The notes under the pieces: generated by a model
What the model was told of the DNA's origin: nothing
The model's input: the letters and a program-made list of their open reading frames with translations, nothing else
Database searches by the model: none
Assembly: GCA_041389025.1 (NCBI GenBank)
Contig: JAWKSP010000001.1
Coordinates: forward strand, 542,663-606,662
DNA length: 64,000 nucleotides
DNA from: Minisyncoccota bacterium
GTDB taxonomy: Bacteria; Patescibacteriota; Minisyncoccia; Phycocordibacterales; UBA918
Direction: 5' to 3'
Made by a program: the position numbers and the translations under genes
Part shown: in pieces, positions 10,147 to 22,100 of the stretch
How positions within the stretch are numbered: the stretch's first letter is position 1
Layout of the letters: each line of letters opens with the position of its first letter

Positions 10147-11349
10147 TTACTTAACCGCTGACATATTAATGATTTTAAAAGAATTTGGATCAGCAGTGTT
10201 CACCAGAAAACGTTTTTGAACCGAAACTATCCAAGATGCGTTTGTAATTTCCTTTTGTTTTAGTGTTAATTCCACATAACTTGGTATCAATGATGAGTCC
10301 AAAACTACAGTCTCGTCAATTGTTACTGCCTTACAATCATCTAAAATAAATTCTTTTGTCTTTCTGTTTCCTAGATGAAGATCAAACTGGTGATCTGGTG
10401 CATTAATACAATTTATTGGTGATTCTAACTGGCCGGTAATTTTAATGGTTGACGGTGCAGTTTGAGTGACTGAAATGTCACCAAAAAACTTTGCTTCATT
10501 GGAAAAAGAAGAGAAACCTACATTACTTGGATAATAAATTTCTGTTTGCTTATTTATGATATCGTCAAATATATTTCTCAAGTAATCATAATTAACAGCT
10601 CCTAACAGTACTTGTTCTTTTCCTTCCTCATCAATGATTATACTATGAGGTGTTCCGTTAATTCCTAATTTAGTACCTGACTCCATATCATCATCTACCC
10701 TATACATAAATCTTTCTTCTGTAATACACTGTTTTATATCTTTTGTGTTTAGCTTATTCTCTTCCAAAACTTGGTTGATTAACTTTTCAGTATCAGCTTC
10801 TGGTGAATTTTTTCTAGCTTTATAATAGAAATCTACAAACGTCCAAAAGGAACTATTACCACCATATTCATTCACGCACTCTGAAGCCAAAGCGGCTTTC
10901 TTAGAACTAGGATGTACTAACACTAAAGGAAAGTGGCGGTAAACCCAAGTAAATTTACCAGATGAAAAATAAGCAGATGAACCATTTATTAAAGACTGAT
11001 GAAACGAGGAACAAAATGGACACTCCATATCACTGTAAACAATAAATTTATTTGGAGCAAAAGGATTACCTCTAATATGGTCATCTTTTTCAAGAGTAGA
11101 TTGTGATGACGCTTGTGCCTGTGTCTGAATCTGCGTCTTTGTATAATCATTATTGTTTTCCAACCTTTGTCTTTCCGTCAGTGTAAGCTGTAATTTTTTT
11201 ACAACGCTCATCAACTCAACTATCTGCGACAACAAATCTTGACGTTCTTTATCTGTTAGAGTACTACCCACCACCTGAGCTGAAGCAGTTACTGATGAAC
11301 CATTGAAACTAAGTACGACGACCAACAAGAAACAAAATATGCGTAACAT
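10147..11349 (-). CDS. Exported DsbA-family protein with an extra C-terminal domain
   Basis: Signal peptide, YSDMECPFC, YRHFPL, GINGTP. Confidence 0.88.
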   Translation of the reverse strand: MLRIFCFLLVVVLSFNGSSVTASAQVVGSTLTDKERQDLLSQIVELMSVVKKLQLTLTERQRLENNNDYTKTQIQTQAQASSQSTLEKDDHIRGNPFAPNKFIVYSDMECPFCSSFHQSLINGSSAYFSSGKFTWVYRHFPLVLVHPSSKKAALASECVNEYGGNSSFWTFVDFYYKARKNSPEADTEKLINQVLEENKLNTKDIKQCITEERFMYRVDDDMESGTKLGINGTPHSIIIDEEGKEQVLLGAVNYDYLRNIFDDIINKQTEIYYPSNVGFSSFSNEAKFFGDISVTQTAPSTIKITGQLESPINCINAPDHQFDLHLGNRKTKEFILDDCKAVTIDETVVLDSSLIPSYVELTLKQKEITNASWIVSVQKRFLVNTADPNSFKIINMSAVK

Positions 11350-11462
11350 AAAAAATATTAAATTAAATTATCTAATATATTATATCACAACCAACCACTA
11401 CTCATTCCTCATTAACAATAAAAAAGATTTTAAAATATTTTATATAAAATCTTATCTTAACT

Positions 11463-12860
11463 TTAATAAGACTTCAGTCTACGAGCTTTTTCATGCTGTC
11501 TTATTTTCTCCAAAGCCTTAGCTTCAATTTGGCGAATACGCTCTCGAGTTACACCAAACTCCTTACCTACTTCTTCAAGCGTATGATAAGTACCATCAAG
11601 TAATCCATGGCGCATTTCTAGAATCTTTCGCTCTTTCTCAGATAAAGTATCGAGAATCTCGGTGATTTGATCGGTCAAAATACTATGAGCCACTTCTTGA
11701 TCAGGCGAAACCACCTTGTCGTCAGAAATAAAATCAGACAAACGAGACCGATCATCTTCATCTCCAACCGGAAGCTCAAGTGAAATAGTGTCTTGGCTAA
11801 TTTTTTCAATCTGATAAATTTTCTCTACCTCAACATCCATCTCAGTAGCGATCTCCTCTGGCATTGGTTCACGTCCTAAGTCTTGAGACAGACGACGAGA
11901 CACTTGCTTGTACTTAGCCATAGTCTCCACCATATGCACCGGAATACGAATCGTTCGTGACTGGTCGGCCAAAGCGCGAGTGATGGCTTGACGAATCCAC
12001 CAAGTAGCGTACGTGGAAAATTTGAAACCCTTTGTAAAGTCGAACTTATCTACCGCCTTAAAGAGGCCGAGGTTCCCTTCTTGAATCAAGTCAAGAAGTG
12101 TAAGGTCCGGTGAACGACCGACATATTTCTTAGCAATCGACACTACCAGACGTAAGTTGGCACGAGCCAATAAGTTACGAGCTTCTTCATCACCCTCAAC
12201 AATTCTTTTAGCCAGCACTTTTTCTTCGTGAGCGTTTAAAAGCGGGTATTGACCAATCTCACGCAAATACATCTGAATAGAATCATAACTACTATCACTT
12301 CTTTTAAAAGCGTTTTTTTGAGCGATTATTTCTACACTAGGATCATCACCCAGCATTCCACCACTTTGTAGCACGTCAATTCCTGCAATTGAAAAACGTT
12401 CATACAAACGATCCAAAAACTCTACGTCTTTTTCTATTTCTGGAAACGAACGCAACAATTCATCATAAGTTACATAACCTCGCTCGCGACCCATCTGCAT
12501 TAGTTCAGCTGCTTTTAGCTCCATTATTCTTTCACTTTTTGAAAGAGTTTTTTTAACTGGTTTTGTCGTCTTTGCTAAAGTTTTTTTCTTTGGTGTTACT
12601 TTTGATTTTGGTTTTGAAATAACTGTGGTTTTACTGGTTTTTTTAGCCGTTGTCTTTTTTGTAGTTTTCTTTACTACTTTTTTAACCGGTTTCTTAGCAA
12701 TTTTCTTTACTATCTTTTTTACATTTGTTTTCTTAGCTGAAACTTTATTTTTGGTAGCAGGAGTTTTTTTAATCACTGCTTTTTTGTTTGATTTGCTTAC
12801 GGTTTTCACCGCTTTTTTAGTAGTTTTTTTAGTTGTCTTTTTGCTTGCTTTTATAGCCAT
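11463..12860 (-). CDS. rpoD: Primary sigma factor with a Lys/Thr-rich N-terminal extension
   Basis: [48 protein letters not shown]; downstream of dnaG; start reset to MAIKASKK. Confidence 0.96.
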   Translation of the reverse strand: MAIKASKKTTKKTTKKAVKTVSKSNKKAVIKKTPATKNKVSAKKTNVKKIVKKIAKKPVKKVVKKTTKKTTAKKTSKTTVISKPKSKVTPKKKTLAKTTKPVKKTLSKSERIMELKAAELMQMGRERGYVTYDELLRSFPEIEKDVEFLDRLYERFSIAGIDVLQSGGMLGDDPSVEIIAQKNAFKRSDSSYDSIQMYLREIGQYPLLNAHEEKVLAKRIVEGDEEARNLLARANLRLVVSIAKKYVGRSPDLTLLDLIQEGNLGLFKAVDKFDFTKGFKFSTYATWWIRQAITRALADQSRTIRIPVHMVETMAKYKQVSRRLSQDLGREPMPEEIATEMDVEVEKIYQIEKISQDTISLELPVGDEDDRSRLSDFISDDKVVSPDQEVAHSILTDQITEILDTLSEKERKILEMRHGLLDGTYHTLEEVGKEFGVTRERIRQIEAKALEKIRQHEKARRLKSY

Positions 12861-12946
12861 AACCCTACAACTATACATAAAAACCACAAATAGTCTAGTG
12901 TTTTTAACCACTACTATATTTAAAAAAATCACCTTTGGTCAAAGCC

Positions 12947-14698
12947 TTACTTTAGTATACTTTCATCAAAATTTGGTTTTTGTTTTTCTTGTTGTAATTT
13001 ACCCACCTCAGTCATGTAAATCATTACTTTTTCTGATTCCCCCAATCTTTCCGCCTCCAACATCTTTTGTCGGTTTTCATTAAGTTTACTTTTAATAACC
13101 ACTTCCTTCAACTGATTTAAAGCATGCACCACTTCACCTTCAAAGACTTTTTTTGGATACTGATCAACCATTGCCTCAGCTCGAAAAGTCACTCCGGATA
13201 AAGTACTCTGATCTAATTCTTTTTCTAAATCTTCAATCTTTTCTTTGGTAATATCTTCTAATATTTTTTTAACTTTAATCACTTGGTTATTTTCAAGTAT
13301 AGGAATAACTCCGATTAAATAAGTCATGGTTGTTTTATAAAGATTTTTATCGATATTTGGTTTTTCATTTTTGATAAAAACTTTTGTTTCTTCATGGTAA
13401 ACATCTTTTTCGTGTCCGGTTTTTTCTTCTAACCTTTCAAGCTCATAATGTATTGCATCTTTTGTGGTATGAAGCTTTTCCGCCACCACTCCCTCAAAAT
13501 GATCTTGGTCGATTTTGTTTGGTAAAAGTGCCAAATACGGAATTACTTCTTCTCGAGCTCTTAATTTAAAAGTTCTCTCGGGTAGATTTTCTTTTTGCAA
13601 AACTAAAAGCAGAAACTCTATCACGTGCAGTGAATGTCCTATTGTGTTTTTAAACTGCTTTGGGTCATTTTGAATCATGTCGGCTGGGTCTGTGCCTTCC
13701 GGCATTACCGCCACCTTTACGTCCAGTCCCCGACGAAGCATTAAGTCCGCCGCTTTTTTTACTGCCGCCACTCCGGCCCTATCAGCGTCTAAGGCCAAAA
13801 CAACTTTATCTGATAAACGCTCAAGCATTTGTACATGTTGTGTAGTGAGAGCTGTACCAGATACCGCCACCGTATTGGCATAGCCAGCCTGATGACTCAT
13901 TACCACATCAAACTGTCCTTCCACTATAAGTGAAAAACCTAGCTGTCTTATACCATGTTTGGCTTTATGATAACCATAAAGTATTTCTGACTTCTTAAAT
14001 AATTCAGTTTCCGGTGAGTTCACGTACTTAGGAATATCATCGCCTTTTTCTAAGGTTCGCCCCGAAAAAGCCACTGGACGACCGGACTGGTCGAAAATCG
14101 GAAACATCACTCGATTACGAAAAACGTCATAACTCTGCTTACCATCTTCGCCACCTTTAATCAGACCAACTTTTTTTAATTCTTCTTCAGTAAATTTTTG
14201 TGCGGTCAGATGCTCTTTAGTCACTCGCCAACCAGCTGACGGTGGCCCCGGAGCAAATCCCAACCGCCAAGTAGCGATGGTTTTAGTGGTAACCCCTCTC
14301 TTTTCCAAATATTTTCTGACTTCGGACTCCGGCTCAAGATTACTTTCATAAAAAGCAGTCGCTTTCTCTAAGGCGCTATACATACGGTCTTCAAGTCCTT
14401 TTTTCTCGGGCGACACCGGTGTAAGTTCAACGTTAGCTTTTTCAGCTAAAATTTTAAGCGCTTCTTTAAAATCAACTTTTTCTATCTCTTGAATAAAGGT
14501 AAAAATATCACCACCTGCCTGACAACCATAACAATGATACATCCCTCGCTCCGGCGAGACATTGAAGGACGGGGTTTTTTCGTTATGAAAAGGACAACGC
14601 GCTTTAAAATGTCGCCCGGCTTTATGAAGCTCCACATAGGGCGAAATCACGTCAATAATATTTAACCTGTCTTTTATTTGTTGTACCGCATCACTCAT
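12947..14698 (-). CDS. dnaG: DNA primase
   Basis: CPFHNEKTPSF zinc finger, KYVNSPET, TOPRIM VEGQFDV and DADRAG. Confidence 0.97.
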   Translation of the reverse strand: MSDAVQQIKDRLNIIDVISPYVELHKAGRHFKARCPFHNEKTPSFNVSPERGMYHCYGCQAGGDIFTFIQEIEKVDFKEALKILAEKANVELTPVSPEKKGLEDRMYSALEKATAFYESNLEPESEVRKYLEKRGVTTKTIATWRLGFAPGPPSAGWRVTKEHLTAQKFTEEELKKVGLIKGGEDGKQSYDVFRNRVMFPIFDQSGRPVAFSGRTLEKGDDIPKYVNSPETELFKKSEILYGYHKAKHGIRQLGFSLIVEGQFDVVMSHQAGYANTVAVSGTALTTQHVQMLERLSDKVVLALDADRAGVAAVKKAADLMLRRGLDVKVAVMPEGTDPADMIQNDPKQFKNTIGHSLHVIEFLLLVLQKENLPERTFKLRAREEVIPYLALLPNKIDQDHFEGVVAEKLHTTKDAIHYELERLEEKTGHEKDVYHEETKVFIKNEKPNIDKNLYKTTMTYLIGVIPILENNQVIKVKKILEDITKEKIEDLEKELDQSTLSGVTFRAEAMVDQYPKKVFEGEVVHALNQLKEVVIKSKLNENRQKMLEAERLGESEKVMIYMTEVGKLQQEKQKPNFDESILK

Positions 14699-14775
14699 AA
14701 CTTAAGTTGTAAGCATTATACTGGAAATTTAAGATTGGCGCACAAAGGTGAATTTAAATACCCGAATTCAAAGCC

Positions 14776-14803
14776 TTGACTTTTTACAAAAAAAGTATAT
14801 AAT
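14776..14803 (+). promoter_or_regulatory. Sigma70-type promoter
   Basis: TTGACT-16 bp-TATAAT, followed by SD AAAGGAG before the ATG at 14838. Confidence 0.75.
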
Positions 14804-14837
14804 TTGGTTGTTTTCACCTTCATAAAGGAGCATTTCT

Positions 14838-15056
14838 ATGTTTGATGATGTGTTTTGGAAAATATTTTTTGGTAGTTTTTGTGCGGGATGGGTACTACTT
14901 GGAATCGTCTCATATTCTGCAACTAAGAAAATTAGAGAAGAGTCTATGATTTCAAATGTAGGTATTTCATTACTATCTTTAATTACAGGACCAATTATGA
15001 TGGGGTTTCTTTATATATCATTACAGGAAAAAATCGAAAAGAAAAAACCCCTGTAG
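14838..15056 (+). CDS. Small two-TM hypothetical protein
   Basis: Promoter, strong SD, downstream terminator. Confidence 0.7.
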   Translation: MFDDVFWKIFFGSFCAGWVLLGIVSYSATKKIREESMISNVGISLLSLITGPIMMGFLYISLQEKIEKKKPL

Positions 15057-15078
15057 CGTCTCTATTCTAAAATTATTC

Positions 15079-15116
15079 AGTCGGTTTGCGTATTTACGTA
15101 AACCGACTATTATTTT
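15079..15116 (+). terminator. Intrinsic terminator
   Basis: AGTCGGTTTGCGTA-TT-TACGTAAACCGACT followed by a T-rich tail. Confidence 0.7.
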
Positions 15117-15181
15117 ACCCCTTTACTTCTCTGTATGACTTGGTATATTTGGGGCTGAATAATTTTTAAGAGGACGTACTC

Positions 15182-15382
15182 ATGAACCTTGAACCTTTCA
15201 TGATTTATATTAACTCAATCAGTACCGCTAGTTGGTGTCGCTTAGGGGCAATTCTTTTTCTGTTTTTAACTCCAGTCTCAGCGGTGTTTATTAATACATT
15301 ATATACACCAATTACACTAGCTGTAATCGGCATTTGTCTTTTCTTGGTTAGTTTCAGGTGTAAAAAAGGAATGGAATTATAA
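15182..15382 (+). CDS. Small two-TM hypothetical protein
   Basis: SD AGAGGA, hydrophobic 66-aa ORF, terminator at 15405-15427. Confidence 0.65.
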   Translation: MNLEPFMIYINSISTASWCRLGAILFLFLTPVSAVFINTLYTPITLAVIGICLFLVSFRCKKGMEL

Positions 15383-15404
15383 AATTGTATACAGAATCTT
15401 AAAA

Positions 15405-15440
15405 GCCGGTTCGCTTCGCGAACTGGCGATTTTGTTATTT
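15405..15440 (+). terminator. Intrinsic terminator
   Basis: GCCGGTTCGC-TTC-GCGAACTGGC followed by a T tract. Confidence 0.65.
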
Positions 15441-15457
15441 ATTCACTCTACAATCAC

Positions 15458-15498
15458 AAACAAAAGAGCGGCGTCGTAGGCGCCGCTCTTTTTGTTTT
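15458..15498 (-). terminator. rpoC terminator
   Basis: AAAAGAGCGGCG-loop-CGCCGCTCTTTT. Confidence 0.75.
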
Positions 15499-15516
15499 TT
15501 GTTCAGTTAAAACTTA

Positions 15517-18500
15517 TTAGTTTCTATTTTCCATCCCCTCAATCATCTCAAACTTCTTACTTCCCTTGAATCCAGAACCAGCTGGGATAAGTTTTCCGAT
15601 GATAACATTTTCCATTAGTCCAGCCAGATTATCATGACTTCCCTTCACCGCCGCATTTATAAGGACACGAGTAGTATTTTGGAAAGAAGCCGCTGATAGG
15701 AAACTCTTTCGTGAAAGAGAAGTTTCTGTGATACCAAGAATTAATTTCTCAGACTTGGCCACTTCTTTCCCTTCTTCCTTTAACTTGTTATTAGCTTCTA
15801 CAAAAATCCATTCTTCCACCACTTCACCAACTGTAAAGTGACTGTCTCCAGAACTAGTGATCTTCACTCTAGACATCATTTGTTTTACGATAAGCTCAAT
15901 GTGCTTACGAGCAATCGTTACACCTTGAAGCTCATAGATTTTGTTAACTTCAGAAATAATATATTCTTGAGCCACTTCCTGACCACCGTACTTGAATAAT
16001 TCTGGTAACAAAGCCGAACCGTCAGTCATAATCTGACCAGCTCTCACAGTATCACCTTTAGACACAGCTACTACACGACGGTAGTGTACTTCGTATTCGA
16101 TATTATCCTTTTTCTTTGGCGCACCTTTTGCGGTCATATCAGGAGCAATCACAATCACCTTTTCACGACCCTCAGTTCGTATATCAACCACCTGACCTTC
16201 ACATTTTGAAACCACCGCCGGAATCTTTGGTTGGCGCTTTTCAAATACTTCTTCCACACGAGGCAGACCCTGAGTCACGTCTCCGCCTTGTGACGCAGCA
16301 CCTCCGGCGTGTTTGGTGTTCATAGTAAGCTGAGTACCCGGCTCACCAATTGCTTGTGCTGCCACTGTACCAACCGCTTCTCCAATGTCTACCAACTGAT
16401 TAGTAGAAAGATCAATACCATAACACTTCTGACACACTCCACGTAATGTTTTACAAGTCATTGGTGAACGTACCACAACTGACTCACAAGTAGACTCCTC
16501 TACTGCGATCGCATCAAGTCGAGTAAGTAGATGGCCTTTAGAGAAGATTACACGACCCTTAGTATCAACCGCGTCTTCCGCTAAAATACGGCCTTTAATC
16601 GCTTTAGAAAAAGCAATTTCAATTCCAGAAGCTGAGATACGATTTATTACCACACCTTGCTTAGTCTTACAGTCTTCTTCAGTCACAATCGCGTCTTGCG
16701 CTACCACGAAGAGACGTCTAGTCAAGTAACCGGCCTTAGCAGTCTGCAAAGCGGTGTCAGCCAAACCTTTACGTGAACCGTGAGTAGTAATGAAATACTC
16801 TATGGGTGTCATACCTTCTTTCATTGAAGAAAGAATTGGGAATTCAATCGTTTCACCTCGAGTGTTTACAATCAATCCTTTCATACCAGCCATCTGAGCA
16901 ATCTGCCCTAAAGAACCACGAGCTCCAGACTTCCACATTTCATAAGCTGAACCATTTTCATCCAAAGTCTCCGGTAGAATTTTCTCAATTTCAGTCTTAG
17001 CTCTGTGCCACACTTCCACAATCATCCGTCTTCTTTCTTCTCTGGAAATAAGTCCTTCGTTAAAAGCCTCCCAAACAGCCATTTCTTCACCACGAGCTTT
17101 GGTTAGAATATTTTCTTTACCTTTAGGTACACTTACTTCATCAATTCCCCAAGTTACACCAGACTTAGTAGCATAACGAAGACCAAGTTTCTTTAGCTTA
17201 TCGACAATCGGTGGTACCGCTTCTGGACCACGGGCATCAATGATATCAATAATCACGGTAAACAAAGTCTTTTGTACAATAACATCATTAATGAAATGAT
17301 GGTCAGACGGTAATACACTGTTAAAGATTAGTCGTCCCACACTGGTTTCAAATAGTTTACCTTCAAATTGTTGATATTTCTCTGTATCAGTTGCCAAAAC
17401 TTTTACTTTAGCTCTAAAATCAATCAAACCATGGTCAAAAGCGTTAATAGCATCATTTGGTGATGAGAAATATTTATCTTCACCTTTTGCTCCTTCAATT
17501 ATTTTTGTCATCCAGTACGCTCCAAGCGCCATATCTAGAAGCTTTTCTGATACTACCGGCTCTGAAGAACCTGGTTTTAGAATGTTTTTGTTGGCAGAAA
17601 TAATTTCTTTAGCTTCAAGCTGTGCCTCCTCTGAAAGTGGCACGTGTACCGCCATCTGGTCACCGTCAAAGTCAGCGTTGAAAGCACGACAGACCAACGG
17701 GTGCACTTGGATAGCGTTACCTTCGATCAACACCGGACGAAAGGCTTGAATACCCTGTCGGTGCAGAGTCGGTGCACGGTTTAGAAGTACGTGACGATTT
17801 TTAATAACATTTTCCAAAATCGCCCACACCTCCGGAACCCCGTCTTCAATCAAACGCCCAGCGCCACGGATATTGTATGCCAACTCCTGCTTTAAAAGAT
17901 CAGCAATCACAAACGGACGGAAAAGTTCTAGGGCCATGTGTTTTGGCAAACCACATTGGTCAAGGGCCAATTCTGGACCAATCACAATCACCGAACGTCC
18001 AGAATAATCCACACGCTTACCAAGTAGGTTCTGACGGAAGTACCCTTGCTTACTTTTTAAGTAATCAGACAAAGATTTCAACGGCCGACGTTGTGCTTGA
18101 CTCATGGCTGAATAAGCTCCACCACCATGACGAATAGAGTTATCAACTAAAGCATCTACCGCTTCTTGTAGGATGCGCTTTTCATTACGCAAAATCACGT
18201 CCGGAGCTTGAATATCAATTAGTTTCTTCAGACGATTATTACGGTTGATTACTCGTCTATACAAGTCGTTTAGATCTGATGAAGCATGACGCCCACCTTC
18301 TAGAGCTACCATCGGGCGAATAGCTGGTGGGATTACCGGAATACGAGTAAGAAACATCCATTCCGGACGAACTCCAGCATGAATCATACCGCGCACCAAA
18401 GACAAACGTTTATCTAGTTTAGCCCGTTCCATCGCTCCGGCAGTTTCGCGTTCTTTTTCCAATCGTTCAAGCAAGGCTTTTAGATCAACTTGCTTAAACA

Positions 18501-19191
18501 AGTCAAAAATTGCTTCAGCTCCAATCTTAGCTTCAAACAAAGTGCTGTACTTGATAGAAAAACGATGGAAAGTAAGTTCATCAAGAACCACACCAGGAAC
18601 CACTCCTTCAATCTCCTTTTTCATTTCATCCATGCGAGATTTCAGAGCTTCCTTGGCTTCGTCATTTTGCAATGCCTTTACCTTAGTCTTATATTCAGTT
18701 TCTAGTTCTTTTAGTAACCGAGCTCTATCTTCATCACTAACTTTAGTTACTATGTATCCAGCAAAATAGATGACCTTCTCAACCGCAGAAGCTGATATAC
18801 CTAAAATCATTGCAATCCGACTTGGTACGCCACGCAAGAACCAAATGTGTGAAACTGGTACACAAAGATCAATGTGTCCCATTCTCTCACGACGCACAAT
18901 AGCACGAGTAACTTCTACTCCACATTTTTCACAAACAATTCCTTTGTAGCGAATACCTCGATATTTCTTACATGAACATTCATAATCCTCAACCGGACCG
19001 AAGATTCGCTCATCAAAAAGACCATGCTTTTCCGGACGTTGAGTTCGGTAATTAATAGTCTCAGGCTTTGTCACTTCACCATGTGACCAATCAAGAATAG
19101 TTTCCGGTGAAGCTAAACGTAGACTAATCTCAGTGAAGTTAGTTGGAGCCGGAGTCTGTTTTGTGAAAGTTGTTTTTGTTGACATAGACAT
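15517..19191 (-). CDS. rpoC: RNA polymerase beta' subunit
   Basis: NADFDGDQMAVHVP catalytic motif, N-terminal Zn finger, IGEPGTQLTM. Confidence 0.99.
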   Translation of the reverse strand: MSMSTKTTFTKQTPAPTNFTEISLRLASPETILDWSHGEVTKPETINYRTQRPEKHGLFDERIFGPVEDYECSCKKYRGIRYKGIVCEKCGVEVTRAIVRRERMGHIDLCVPVSHIWFLRGVPSRIAMILGISASAVEKVIYFAGYIVTKVSDEDRARLLKELETEYKTKVKALQNDEAKEALKSRMDEMKKEIEGVVPGVVLDELTFHRFSIKYSTLFEAKIGAEAIFDLFKQVDLKALLERLEKERETAGAMERAKLDKRLSLVRGMIHAGVRPEWMFLTRIPVIPPAIRPMVALEGGRHASSDLNDLYRRVINRNNRLKKLIDIQAPDVILRNEKRILQEAVDALVDNSIRHGGGAYSAMSQAQRRPLKSLSDYLKSKQGYFRQNLLGKRVDYSGRSVIVIGPELALDQCGLPKHMALELFRPFVIADLLKQELAYNIRGAGRLIEDGVPEVWAILENVIKNRHVLLNRAPTLHRQGIQAFRPVLIEGNAIQVHPLVCRAFNADFDGDQMAVHVPLSEEAQLEAKEIISANKNILKPGSSEPVVSEKLLDMALGAYWMTKIIEGAKGEDKYFSSPNDAINAFDHGLIDFRAKVKVLATDTEKYQQFEGKLFETSVGRLIFNSVLPSDHHFINDVIVQKTLFTVIIDIIDARGPEAVPPIVDKLKKLGLRYATKSGVTWGIDEVSVPKGKENILTKARGEEMAVWEAFNEGLISREERRRMIVEVWHRAKTEIEKILPETLDENGSAYEMWKSGARGSLGQIAQMAGMKGLIVNTRGETIEFPILSSMKEGMTPIEYFITTHGSRKGLADTALQTAKAGYLTRRLFVVAQDAIVTEEDCKTKQGVVINRISASGIEIAFSKAIKGRILAEDAVDTKGRVIFSKGHLLTRLDAIAVEESTCESVVVRSPMTCKTLRGVCQKCYGIDLSTNQLVDIGEAVGTVAAQAIGEPGTQLTMNTKHAGGAASQGGDVTQGLPRVEEVFEKRQPKIPAVVSKCEGQVVDIRTEGREKVIVIAPDMTAKGAPKKKDNIEYEVHYRRVVAVSKGDTVRAGQIMTDGSALLPELFKYGGQEVAQEYIISEVNKIYELQGVTIARKHIELIVKQMMSRVKITSSGDSHFTVGEVVEEWIFVEANNKLKEEGKEVAKSEKLILGITETSLSRKSFLSAASFQNTTRVLINAAVKGSHDNLAGLMENVIIGKLIPAGSGFKGSKKFEMIEGMENRN

Positions 19192-19198
19192 ATTTTAA

Positions 19199-22100
19199 TT
19201 AATTACGAGACTCATAATTACGTTTAACCTCATCCCTCTCCAGCTTTACATCAAGAGACAGTCCGCGTAGCTGGTTAACTAATACATTGAAGGCAGCCGG
19301 AGTATGCGGGTGACTGATTTTTTCACCCCGAACAATAGCATCAAAAGCAGCGGATCGTCCGACGATATCGTCTGACTTAATAGTTAGCATCTCACGTAAA
19401 GTATAAGCTGCTCCATATCCAAGAAGTGCCCACACCTCCATTTCTCCAAATCTTTGACCTCCAATTTGTGCTTTACCACCCAGTGGCTGTTGCGTAATAA
19501 GTGAGTATGGACCGATTGATCGCATGTGAATCTTGTCTTCCACCATGTGGTGCAGTTTTAGAATATACATGTATCCAACTGCAGTTTTTTGCGAAAATTC
19601 TTCACCAGTAAGACCATCACGAAGCTGAATTTTTCCATCCTCCGGTAAACCAGCCGCTTTTAATTCAGCTTTTACATGATCTTCAGTCGCTCCAGCAAAA
19701 GGAGGAACAATAGCTTGATAACCTAAAGTGTTAGCAGCCATACCAAGGTGTAACTCAAGAATTTGACCCAAGTTCATACGAGATGGCACACCAAGCGGTG
19801 TTAGAAGTACGTCAATTGGACGCCCATCTTCAGTAAACGGCATGTCTTCTTCTGGGAGGATTCTTGAAATCACACCCTTGTTTCCGTGACGACCAGCTAA
19901 CTTATCACCTACTGATACATTTCTAACTTGAGCAATAGTAATGTGAATTCGTTTTATTACTCCACTTTCTAACTGATCACCATTTTCTCGTGAAAAAATC
20001 TTTACACCAATCACTCGACCTCGCTTTCCAGCCTCCAATCTAAGTGAAGTATCTTTTACATCCTTAGCTTTCTCACCAAAGATAGAGCGGAGCAATCTCT
20101 CTTCTGGAGATAATTGTGTTTCACCTTTTGGAGTTACTTTACCAACCAGTATATCCCCAGGACGAACTTCTGCGCCAATTCTAATAATTCCATTTTCATC
20201 TAAGTTACGAAGTTTAATTTCAGATACGTTTGGAATATCAGATGAAGTCACTTCAGGACCAAGCTTAGTGTCACGCACAGACACCTCAAGCTCATCTAGG
20301 TGCACTGTTGAAAACTTGCTTTGTTTTACTAACCGTTCAGATATTACAATCGCATCTTCATAGTTGGCACCATTCCAGCTCATAAAAGCAACTAAAGCAT
20401 TTTGACCAACAGCGATTTGACCATTATCAGTAGATGAAGTGTCAGCCAACAAATCACCTCGTTTTACCTTATCTCCAACAGTTACCGCTGGACGATGATA
20501 AAAGGCCGAAAAATCGTTGGTCTTTTGGAAGGAAGACAAAATGTACTCTTTCTTTTTACCATCTTTATTTTTAACCACTACATGCTTAGCATCACATTCA
20601 ATTACCTCTCCAGCTTCTTCAGCATATATAACACGATGAGTATCGCGAGATACCATTCCTTCTACTCCAGTAGCCACAATCGGTGCTTCTTGTACGATAC
20701 ACGGAGTGGCCTGCTTCTGCATGTTTGAACCCATCAGAGTACGGTTAGCGTCATCATGATTCATAAAAGGAATCATTGAAGTCGCTACAGAGAAAGGTTG
20801 GTTGGTTGCAATATCAATATAATCTATATCTTTTTTTGAAAGAAGCATCGGTACGCCATTTTTTCTGGCTTCGACCATATCACTTTTGATTTTTCCGTTA
20901 GCATCAGCCTCTACTGCCGCGTGAGCAATATTGAATTTTTCTTCTTCATGAGCGTTCAGATAATCAACTTCACCGGTAATAACTCCTTTTACCACCTTAG
21001 CGTAAGGAGTTTCTATGATTCCAAAACGGTTTACCCGTGAGTACATTGAAAGACGAAGAATCAAACCAATGTTTGGACCTTCTGGTGTATGAATTGGACA
21101 AAGTCGTCCGTAATGAGACGGATGAATGTCACGCACTTCAAAACTAGCACGCTCACGAGTAAGACCACCAGGACCTAAGGCAGAAAGAGTTCGTAGGTGT
21201 TCAATCTCAGACAAAATATTTTGTTGTTGAGAAAATTGTGAAAGCTGGTTAGTAGTAAAGAATTCTTTAATAGCAGCTTGTAGCGGACGAGGGTTAATAA
21301 TCTGCATTGGCAAACTAGTTTCCGCCTCAATAGTAGACATTCGGTCCTGAATGTTTCGCTTCATACGAGTCATACCCACCCGAACCCGTTGTTGTAGCAT
21401 TTCACCAAAGTAACGCACCCGACGAAAACCAAGATGATCAATATCATCAGCAACCGCTCCTGGTTCGTGATTTTTTGTCACTATATGAGTCAATATCAAA
21501 CGTAAATCCTCGACCGAAACAGTTCTTTCGTCGGTAGCCTTCTTATCAATTGGACGACCAAAACGTTCGTTGAAATGATGACGTCCAATCTCAGATAAGT
21601 CATAACGAGCAGAAGTAAATATAGAACTAATAAACTCACGAGCATTTTCCACCGTAGCTAAGTCACCATCACGTAAACGTTTGTAGATTTCAATAAACGA
21701 CTCATCGGTGGTTTTGGCTGGGTCTTTAGCAATAGTTGCCTTCATATATTCCTCACCACGCTCCACTCCTTTAAGGAGATCGATCATTTCTTTATCTTTC
21801 TCTACTCCGACCACACGAAGCAAAGAAGAAATTGGAAATTTTTTCTTGCGGTCAATTTTTACATAAATCACTCCATCAGCTTCTGACTCAATTTCAATCC
21901 ACACACCACGGGCCGGAATAATTTTGGCACCAAACATCTGTCGACCTTTTGATTCAGTTTGAGTAAAGAAGATACCATAAGAACGAGCCAACTGTGGCAC
22001 AATCACCCGTTCTACACCATTAATAATAAAAGTACCATGCTCAGTCATAACTGGGAGGTCAGTCATGAAAATCTCTTGATCTTTTTCACTTTCAAAAGTC

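Noticed and set aside
12625-13083. 152-aa hydrophobic plus-strand ORF
   Set aside because: Antisense shadow of the Lys-rich rpoD tail and the dnaG 3' end.
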